A DNA stretch of 14,168 nucleotides, taken from the NCBI GenBank assembly GCA_014728035.1, contig WJMJ01000112.1, positions 1-14,168 of the forward strand, read 5' to 3'. This document shows, in pieces, positions 1-6,087 of this stretch. The stretch's first letter is position 1. Every line of letters starts with the position of its first letter. Source of the DNA: Promethearchaeota archaeon (GTDB lineage: Archaea; Asgardarchaeota; Thorarchaeia; Thorarchaeales; Thorarchaeaceae). Below the pieces are notes generated by a model, which saw only the letters and a list, made by a program, of their open reading frames with translations, had not been told where the DNA came from and did no database searches. Position numbers and translations under genes: made by a program.

Positions 1-618
1 ACGAGCGGCCTCTGCATTAATACCAAGGAGAGCATAATCCTCATCCCAGACATTCTCAAGTTGGGCACGAATGTCAATAGGAGTTAGTCGAACAGAACCA
101 ACTTCGCCGACCTCATAGATAGAGGTTGGTTTCTCAAGTTTAAGTTTGAGTTGTTCGGATCCACAATGTGGGCAGCTCTTGGCTTTGGCACCGCGTTTCA
201 GAATCTCCTTTGATAGAGCAGCAGTCTTTTGGCCGATCTCAGGATATCGTTTGAACAGACGATTGTAATAATCAATCTCTTCATCAGTAAGTAAGATGCG
301 ACTACATTCTCGGCAGATAGCACGAAGCACTTTGTGAATGACTTTAGCATATCCTGCGTGCATGATAGGTCGAGCAAGCTCGATGTGGCCAAAATGGCCA
401 GGGCAGTTACCTACACGGTTACCACAGGTTCTGCACCGTTGACCGGGGTCAATGACACCGAGACGTTGGTCCATAATACCGGACTCGATGGGATAACCAT
501 CTTCATTGTAAGTATCTGCCACAACGATTTGGGCAACGGACATCTTACGAATATCTTCGGGACTTAGAAGCCCGAATTCAATGGAGTCGATTTTTTTGGT
601 AGGAATACCTGTTAGCAT
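1..618 (-). CDS. rpoA1: DNA-directed RNA polymerase subunit A' (Rpo1N; RpoA if unsplit), 5' part, runs off the window edge
   Basis: Absent from the ORF track because there is no stop in the window. Manual translation from ATG at 618: MLTGIPTKKIDSIEFGLLSPEDIRKMSVAQIVVADTYNEDGYPIESGIMDQRLGVIDPGQRCRTCGNRVGNCPGHFGHIELARP. It has the FGLLSPE strand, D.RLG, the Zn-binding CxxC...CPGHFGHIEL motif and later CRECS/CPHCG. It lies downstream of rpoB. Confidence 0.97.
   Translation of the reverse strand, partial: MLTGIPTKKIDSIEFGLLSPEDIRKMSVAQIVVADTYNEDGYPIESGIMDQRLGVIDPGQRCRTCGNRVGNCPGHFGHIELARPIMHAGYAKVIHKVLRAICRECSRILLTDEEIDYYNRLFKRYPEIGQKTAALSKEILKRGAKAKSCPHCGSEQLKLKLEKPTSIYEVGEVGSVRLTPIDIRAQLENVWDEDYALLGINAEAAR
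559..618 (-). repeat. Copy A of a 60-nt direct repeat (first 20 codons of full-length rpoA1)
   Basis: 49/60 nt identical to 1052..1111, with identical translation MLTGIPTKKIDSIEFGLLSP. The 20-nt perfect core GGTATTCCTACCAAAAAAAT is at 609..590 and 1102..1083. Confidence 0.95.
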
Positions 619-690
619 TAAATCACCTTCTGGATAGGGACGAATAAGTATTGGCAATATAGAGGACATATATATGGTCTATCCCCTATT
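619..690 (-). promoter_or_regulatory. Putative dedicated promoter and Shine-Dalgarno for rpoA1
   Basis: GAAGGTGA (630..623) lies 4 nt before the ATG. A palindromic TATA-like CATATATATG at 667..676 is flanked by an imperfect inverted repeat, ATAGAGGA/TCCCCTAT. Confidence 0.55.
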
Positions 691-859
691 CAGATGACAA
701 TTTAGAATCACTATGAAGTTGTTATAATCTTTTAGTTATGAAGGTCAACTATTGTAGAAAATCGAATGTGATGATATTTTAGACTTGAAAATGAACTAGT
801 TTATTTGCTGATTCATACAGATTTGGATACTAAAATCTAATCAATCTATAGCATCCATT

Positions 860-1111
860 TCACTGCCTCTCTAGTGAAGGAATGTCTAAATATTTGTCTA
901 TTAACTGTGACTCGACATAGGGGAGGGACTTGAATCCAAAAAACGCACCTACGACATTCTGTGAGAGCCGGATAGGTTCCTTCCCAATAAGGTATTGATG
1001 AGCAAGATAGATACAGATACTGGCGACCACAGCAGGTTCAAAGTCATTATCAGGGCTCAATAGTCCAAATTCAATGGAATCAATTTTTTTGGTAGGAATA
1101 CCAGTAAGCAT
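860..1111 (-). CDS. 83-aa chimeric ORF: RpoA' N-terminal 20 aa fused to an unrelated, possibly TFB/cyclin-like helical segment (functional small protein or displaced rpoA1 5' remnant)
   Basis: ATG at 1111..1109 overlaps the rpoB TAA stop (TAATG) and is preceded by GGAGATGA. The frame is open to the stop at 862..860. The track's start at 1141 lies inside rpoB, so 1111 is the more plausible start. Confidence 0.6.
   Translation of the reverse strand: MLTGIPTKKIDSIEFGLLSPDNDFEPAVVASICIYLAHQYLIGKEPIRLSQNVVGAFFGFKSLPYVESQLIDKYLDIPSLERQ
1052..1111 (-). repeat. Copy B of the 60-nt rpoA1 5' repeat (coupled to rpoB)
   Basis: Same peptide as 559..618. Ten of 20 codons differ, all synonymously. Similarity ends at codons 21-22 (GAA GAT vs GAT AAT). 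Confidence 0.95.
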
Positions 1112-4100
1112 TAGATCATCTCCTTGAGGCGCAGTCTGCACGCAAGACCAAGCGACATCATCTCTTGAATAAGAAGTTTGAAAGCATAAGACACAACTAC
1201 GCGGTTAATCTTAGAACCAGTTCCGCAGATGGGGCAATAATACTGGTCTTTATTTCGGTCATAGACACCAATCAAGCCACATTCTTCACATACAAGCATA
1301 GTACTCTTGTCAGACTCATCAAGAAGACGGCCTTTGAGAAGAATTGCAGCTCCATGTCCAATGAGAACATCACGTTCCATCTCACCAAATCGCAGACCAC
1401 CTTCTCTCGCACGACCCTCTGTGGGTTGACGAGTAAGAATCTGGACAGGACCCCGAGCACGGGCATGTATCTTGTCAGCAACCATGTGATGGAGTTTCTG
1501 CATGAATACGACACCAATGAAGATGTCGGAGATGAGTTTCTCACCTGTAACACCAGAATACATGGTCTCACGACCGTTATGCTGGAGTCCTGCATTGATG
1601 AGCATATCGAATAATTCCCGTTCACTTACACCACAGAAGGGGGTACCATCTTGTTGCCTTCCAACCATACAACCAGCTTTACCAGCAACCATCTCGAGAA
1701 TCTGTCCAATAGTCATTCTGCTTGGAATAGCATGAGGATTGATAATGAGATCAGGAACAACACCGTCCTCTGTAAAGGGTACGTCTACCTGTGGGACAAT
1801 ATAGCCAATAACACCTTTCTGTCCATGGCGAGATGCGTACTTGTCACCAAGTTCAGGAATTCTAAGGTCTCGAACCTTCACCTTGACCAATCTATTCCCA
1901 TCAATAGTTTCGGTTAAAATAACGCGGTCGACGACACCGGATTCACCATGACGTACAGCCACCGAGGTCTCACGACGATTTGGAGATTGAATGTCAAATT
2001 CTGAATATTCTTCCAAGAATCTTGGAGGAGAAGTTCGTCCGATAAGGACATCGCCACCTTGAACCTCTACTTCAGTTTCTATAATACCATCTTCACCAAG
2101 GTTTCTGTAAGATTCCTGTGCGCGATATCCACGAACGCTTCTATCTGGAATCTGGAAACGGTCTTCTTGACCACCCGGATATTTTCGTTCTTCACTCTCA
2201 TATACACGGCAGAAAGTACTACGACCTAGTCCTCGCTCAATGGATGCCTTGTTCATAATCAAAGCGTCTTCCATATTGTAGCCTTCAAAGGAAAGGATTG
2301 CTACAACGAAGTTTTGCCCAGCAGGGCGTTTTTCATATCCAATGGAGTCCATAGGCCGAGTCTTTACAATAGGAATTTGTGGATAGTGGAAGAAATGTGC
2401 ACGTGTGTCTGCACGGAAGTTGAAGTTTGAAGCAGGGACACCAACTGATTGTTTGGCCATTCCCGCCATGTATACGTTACGAGGTGACTGATTACGTTCA
2501 GGAAACGGAATGAGTGCTGCTGAGATGCCAAGGATAGTAGCAGGAACAATCTCAAGATGAGTGGTATTTGGTCCAATCTCATCTGGCATCATCGCAATCA
2601 AAGTATTCTCTTCCTCTTCAGCATCAAGGAACTCGATAATACCATTTCTAACAAGGTCACTAAATTTCCATTCTCCCTCGCTAATCATTCTGAGATGCTC
2701 ATCAGTAAGACGACTCTTTCCATTTTCTACAACTATTACTGGACGACGGACCCTACCAGCATCACAATTAACCTCTACCTCGTGAGTGTTCTCATAATAT
2801 GCTATGTTGGTTTCATGGTTGATTTCACCAGCTCGTCGCTTCTGTCGAATGGTCTTAGCCAAAACTAAGGGAGCTGGATGCACCCCTACCAAACGTCCAT
2901 TTAGAAATACGTCAGCCCATTTAGAGCTTCTTTTTCCACTTCTCTCTTCAATAGGTTCAACGTCCGCCTTGTAAAGTGCACGTTCAACAAAATCCTCATC
3001 TGTGCCTACTGAAATATATGCCATCATTGCAATATTCTTGACAAGGCCACAATTTGGTCCTTCAGGCGTTTCATTGGGACAAATTTTTCCCCAATGTGTT
3101 GAATGTAAGTCTCGAGCCTCAAAGTGTGGCTGAGAACGTGAGAGAGGTGAAACAACTCTCCGAAGATGTGACAGGGAGGAGATATAATTGGTGCGGTCAA
3201 GAAGCTGAGACACCCCAGCTTTGCCACCTACCCAATTACCAGTAGCAAGAGCATGTTTTAATCTTTGAGTGATAACGTCAGCTCTAACAGCAGTACGAAT
3301 GTTTGGTTTTCTACCTCGTACAGCAGTCCGTTCTAGTTGGTATTTGATATCGCGAGTAAGTGAATAGAGTGCAACTCTAAACAGGGACATTAGCAAATCA
3401 CCTGAGAGTTTCAGACGTTTATTGGCATAGTGGTCTTTGTCATCAGGTCGCCGTTTATTCAAAACCAAATCGAGAAGGCGTTCAACCATTTGACCTAGAT
3501 AGTAAGCTTTCTTGAGACGATGCTCTTCTTCTGTGCCAATATGTGGTAAAAGGTAACGGTCAAGAACCTTTTCAGCACGAGCTAGACGATATTCTTTGGT
3601 TTGCCCTACTGCAACCCGTTTTCCGATGAAATCCAATGCATTCTCACGGGTGGAACCAGCTTCTTCATCGCGTGCTGCATTTATGGGTGCAGACTGTTCA
3701 ATTGTAACAATAAGCTCGTTCCGTATCTCCTCATCGTCAGATATCACATCTGCGATGTCACGATCAGATTCAAGTCCTAATGCTTTCATTAAAATAGCAA
3801 GAGGAATCTTTCCAGGGACAGATGGGAAGGACACACGGAGCTCACCGGTGCGTTTTCTTTCGATGGTAACCGGAGCTCTAAAACCACGGGAAGTTGAGAA
3901 TACCTTTGCGATATGAGTATAGCTCGAACTCTTACTAGCCTCTTCTATGAGTATTCTGTTTGGAGCCAAGTCTTCTTGAGTAACAAGTACTCTCTCAGAA
4001 CCATTAATGATGAAGTAACCACCAGGGTCTTGTGGATCTTCCCCATGTGCAATAAGCTCTTCTTCATTCATTCCGTGAAGAAGACACTTCTCACTTCGCA

Positions 4101-4488
4101 ACATAATAGGAAGATCGCCTATGTAAATCCGAAGCGTTTCCATTCTGGTGGTGACAGAACCTTCCTTTCGAACAGGGGTACACTCGAGATATAATTTCGC
4201 TGCGTATGTAAGATTACGAATTCTCGCTTCGTTTGGAAAGAGAGGATGTTCGCTACCATCCGCTTCTCGCACGGATGGAGATTCAAGTGTTAATTCGCCC
4301 ATATCCACATAGTAACCTTCTACTTTTGGATTTAGACGGCCAATACTATCTACTACTCTTTGAAGCTCTTCACTGATGAAGCGATTAAATGAGTCGAGGT
4401 GTTGTCCAACTAACCCCTTCTCTCTAAAGTAAGCTTCTATAATCGGCCAGAGCTTCTGTTTGTCTTCGGTTCCCAAGCTTGTCACCAC
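1111..4488 (-). CDS. rpoB: DNA-directed RNA polymerase subunit B (Rpo2), unsplit, 1125 aa
   Basis: Motifs GGYFIINGSERVL, ETPEGPNCGLVKN, GYNMEDA, GDKYASRHGQKG, HMVADKIHAR, GGLRFGEMERD and a C-terminal CxxC...CxxC zinc site. GTG start. Confidence 0.99.
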   Translation of the reverse strand: MVTSLGTEDKQKLWPIIEAYFREKGLVGQHLDSFNRFISEELQRVVDSIGRLNPKVEGYYVDMGELTLESPSVREADGSEHPLFPNEARIRNLTYAAKLYLECTPVRKEGSVTTRMETLRIYIGDLPIMLRSEKCLLHGMNEEELIAHGEDPQDPGGYFIINGSERVLVTQEDLAPNRILIEEASKSSSYTHIAKVFSTSRGFRAPVTIERKRTGELRVSFPSVPGKIPLAILMKALGLESDRDIADVISDDEEIRNELIVTIEQSAPINAARDEEAGSTRENALDFIGKRVAVGQTKEYRLARAEKVLDRYLLPHIGTEEEHRLKKAYYLGQMVERLLDLVLNKRRPDDKDHYANKRLKLSGDLLMSLFRVALYSLTRDIKYQLERTAVRGRKPNIRTAVRADVITQRLKHALATGNWVGGKAGVSQLLDRTNYISSLSHLRRVVSPLSRSQPHFEARDLHSTHWGKICPNETPEGPNCGLVKNIAMMAYISVGTDEDFVERALYKADVEPIEERSGKRSSKWADVFLNGRLVGVHPAPLVLAKTIRQKRRAGEINHETNIAYYENTHEVEVNCDAGRVRRPVIVVENGKSRLTDEHLRMISEGEWKFSDLVRNGIIEFLDAEEEENTLIAMMPDEIGPNTTHLEIVPATILGISAALIPFPERNQSPRNVYMAGMAKQSVGVPASNFNFRADTRAHFFHYPQIPIVKTRPMDSIGYEKRPAGQNFVVAILSFEGYNMEDALIMNKASIERGLGRSTFCRVYESEERKYPGGQEDRFQIPDRSVRGYRAQESYRNLGEDGIIETEVEVQGGDVLIGRTSPPRFLEEYSEFDIQSPNRRETSVAVRHGESGVVDRVILTETIDGNRLVKVKVRDLRIPELGDKYASRHGQKGVIGYIVPQVDVPFTEDGVVPDLIINPHAIPSRMTIGQILEMVAGKAGCMVGRQQDGTPFCGVSERELFDMLINAGLQHNGRETMYSGVTGEKLISDIFIGVVFMQKLHHMVADKIHARARGPVQILTRQPTEGRAREGGLRFGEMERDVLIGHGAAILLKGRLLDESDKSTMLVCEECGLIGVYDRNKDQYYCPICGTGSKINRVVVSYAFKLLIQEMMSLGLACRLRLKEMI

Positions 4489-4505
4489 ACCCTGAATAGG
4501 ACGGG

Positions 4506-4585
4506 GGAACTACTACAAAGCTGAACGCTTCCCAACGCATGAACTCAGAAAATCCGAGCCCTATCATCTATGCAGTAGCAGCCCC
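4506..4585 (-). ncRNA. Predicted structured RNA (three-way junction) in the rpoB leader / tRNA-Lys-rpoB spacer
   Basis: Folded by hand on the minus strand. Outer stem GGGGCUGCUAC/GUAGUAGUUCC (11 bp). Arm 1 is UGCAU/AUGCG plus GGGCUCGGA-UUU-UCUGAGUUC. Arm 2 is GAAGC-GUUCA-GCUUU. The many G-U pairs favour the minus strand as the RNA. Confidence 0.45.
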
Positions 4586-4629
4586 GCTAAATTTACTCGA
4601 ACCAGGATGTTTTCCATTCAAGCAGTAAG

Positions 4630-4736
4630 TGGCGGGCTCGGCGGGATTTGAATTCGCGCCCTATCTCGCAGAGAGATAGAGTCCCGCGGCCCTCAGGTTA
4701 AAAGCCTGCTGCGCTGCCTATCTGCGCCACGAGCCC
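4630..4736 (-). tRNA. tRNA-Lys(TTT) with a 30-nt intron at non-canonical position 53/54; CCA encoded
   Basis: Minus strand reads GGGCTCG TG GCGC AGATAGGCA GCGC A GCAGG CT TTT AA CCTGA GGGCC GCGGG [intron 4682..4653] TTCAAAT CCCGC CGAGCCC G CCA. The mature cloverleaf is 77 nt. Confidence 0.93.
4653..4682 (-). other. tRNA intron (T-arm, 53/54) with a relaxed bulge-helix-bulge motif
   Basis: CGCG/CGCG 4-bp central helix with 3-nt bulges GG|A and AA|T, and a 9-bp intron stem CTCTATCTC/GAGATAGGG. Cutting at both bulges restores GCGGG-TTCAAAT-CCCGC. Confidence 0.88.
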
Positions 4737-5007
4737 TTAGTTATTATGGCATAATGTAGTATCATAACTGATTCAAGCATATTTGTTGTAATCAGTGAAA
4801 CTGAACATATAGCCATGCTTGGAGGGAAGCGATCCTGTGAGCAATCGAGGGGTCTTCTGTAAACATAAAAGGCTTTCCATAAAACGAAGCCAAATGGAAT
4901 GTCATCTACCAAAGGCAGTTGTAAAGCCAACTCTATTAATGTAGCGCACAGTAAAAAGGATTACGTGAAGCTGCATCAGCTAAAAAAAACAACGTTCCAA
5001 CGACAAC

Positions 5008-5055
5008 TTTAATAGAGAATCAGAGTTGAAGCCTTCCATCCGACACTTGTGTCGG
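5008..5055 (+). promoter_or_regulatory. Putative tRNA-Asp promoter (TATA-like) plus a palindrome at the expected transcription start
   Basis: TTTAATA at 5008..5014. CCGACAC-TT-GTGTCGG at 5040..5055 ends 5 nt before the tRNA. Confidence 0.45.
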
Positions 5056-5060
5056 CATAT

Positions 5061-5169
5061 GCCCCGGTAGTGTAGTTCGGCCGAGCATACAAGACTGTCA
5101 ATCCAATGAGATTGACACTCTTGGTGCGGACCTCTTGTGACCCGGGTTCAAATCCCGGCCGGGGCGCCA
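5061..5169 (+). tRNA. tRNA-Asp(GTC) with a 31-nt canonical 37/38 intron (5101..5131); CCA encoded
   Basis: GCCCCGG TA GTGT AGTTCGGCCGA GCAT A CAAGA CT GTC A [intron] C TCTTG TGAC CCGGG TTCAAAT CCCGG CCGGGGC G CCA. The BHB has central helix CTGT/GCGG and bulges CA|A and AC|C. Confidence 0.93.
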
Positions 5170-5196
5170 CTTATTGTTCTCATATAGAATTAATTT

Positions 5197-5982
5197 TTAT
5201 AGAGCAGTCCATCCACCATCAATGAACAATGTCTGACCAGTCATGTAATTAGATGCAGGAGAGGACAGATAGATTACAGCTCCTTTCAAATCGAAAGGTT
5301 TTCCTGTTCGTCCCAAAGCAGTTCGTGAAACAATCAAGTTCTTCAGTTCATCATCTTTGAAGATTTCCTCAGTCATTTCACTTGGGAAGAAACCAGGTGC
5401 AATACCATTCACATTGATTTTATGTTCGGCCCATTCAATTGCAAACGCCCTTGTCAAGTTAATTACAGCCGCTTTCGAAGCATAATACGGAGCCGCTTGA
5501 AATCTATCTCCTACCGCACCATATATTGATGCGATATTGATAATTTTACCATATTCATGTTTTATCATTTCGCGAGCTGCAGTTCGCGCGGTCAGAAAGA
5601 CACCTGTCAAATTAACATCAATGACTTTTTTCCATTCAGCAAGAGACATATCAATTGACGGATCCATTGCAGAAATACCTGCATTGTTCACTATTATTTC
5701 TAATGAATCAAATTCATCAATAGCTTTTTGGACCATCGCAATTACTTGGTCTTCATTTGTGACATCTGCTTCTACGGGAATGACTTTCGCATCCGTCTTA
5801 GCCATGATTGTTTCTGCAACATCTTTCAGTTTTTCTAGACGTCTCGCAGAGATTATTACATTCGCACCAGCTTCAGCTAGAGCCTCCGCAAATGTGACAC
5901 CAAGACCCGAGGATCCACCAGTTACTATTGCTGTTTGGTCTTCAATACCAAAACACAATTCGCTTATACTTTTCTTAGTCAT
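5197..5982 (-). CDS. Classical short-chain dehydrogenase/reductase (gluconate 5-dehydrogenase/FabG-like)
   Basis: TGGSSGLG NAD(P)-binding motif, NNAG, catalytic YYASK, VNGIAPG and GQTLFIDGG. The ATG at 5982 (MTKK) is preferred over the track start at 6000. Confidence 0.9.
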   Translation of the reverse strand: MTKKSISELCFGIEDQTAIVTGGSSGLGVTFAEALAEAGANVIISARRLEKLKDVAETIMAKTDAKVIPVEADVTNEDQVIAMVQKAIDEFDSLEIIVNNAGISAMDPSIDMSLAEWKKVIDVNLTGVFLTARTAAREMIKHEYGKIINIASIYGAVGDRFQAAPYYASKAAVINLTRAFAIEWAEHKINVNGIAPGFFPSEMTEEIFKDDELKNLIVSRTALGRTGKPFDLKGAVIYLSSPASNYMTGQTLFIDGGWTAL

Positions 5983-6087
5983 TAGCAACACAATTAACAA
6001 TATTTAACAACATTAAAGAGTCTTGTGACTTAACTATAGCTATATATCTAAATACAAGGGAGAGGATATTTTTAATGGTGTAAAGCT

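Noticed and set aside
619-1051. Intron or intein interrupting rpoA1
   Set aside because: The downstream copy has its own complete N-terminus, ATG and SD, so splicing is not needed. I found no BHB, group I/II intron or intein motifs.
559-1111. Repeat pair as a diversity-generating retroelement TR/VR
   Set aside because: The mismatches are all synonymous and not confined to adenines of one copy (7 of 11 at best), and there is no reverse transcriptase in the window.
1165-4194. Numerous short ORFs antisense to or overlapping rpoB, plus 198..392 and 334..567 over rpoA1
   Set aside because: These are shadow ORFs of highly conserved genes with no recognisable motifs.
4554-4562. CGAGCCCT match to the tRNA-Lys acceptor stem as an att-site remnant
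   Set aside because: Only 8 nt long, already explained as part of the leader hairpin, and there is no integrase nearby.
4718-4930. 70-aa ORF between the tRNAs
   Set aside because: It overlaps tRNA-Lys and its likely promoter region, has a TTG start and shows no protein-like features.
5101-5131. Two nested introns in tRNA-Asp
   Set aside because: The shorter alternative intron has no valid 4-bp central helix, whereas a single 31-nt intron fits a BHB.
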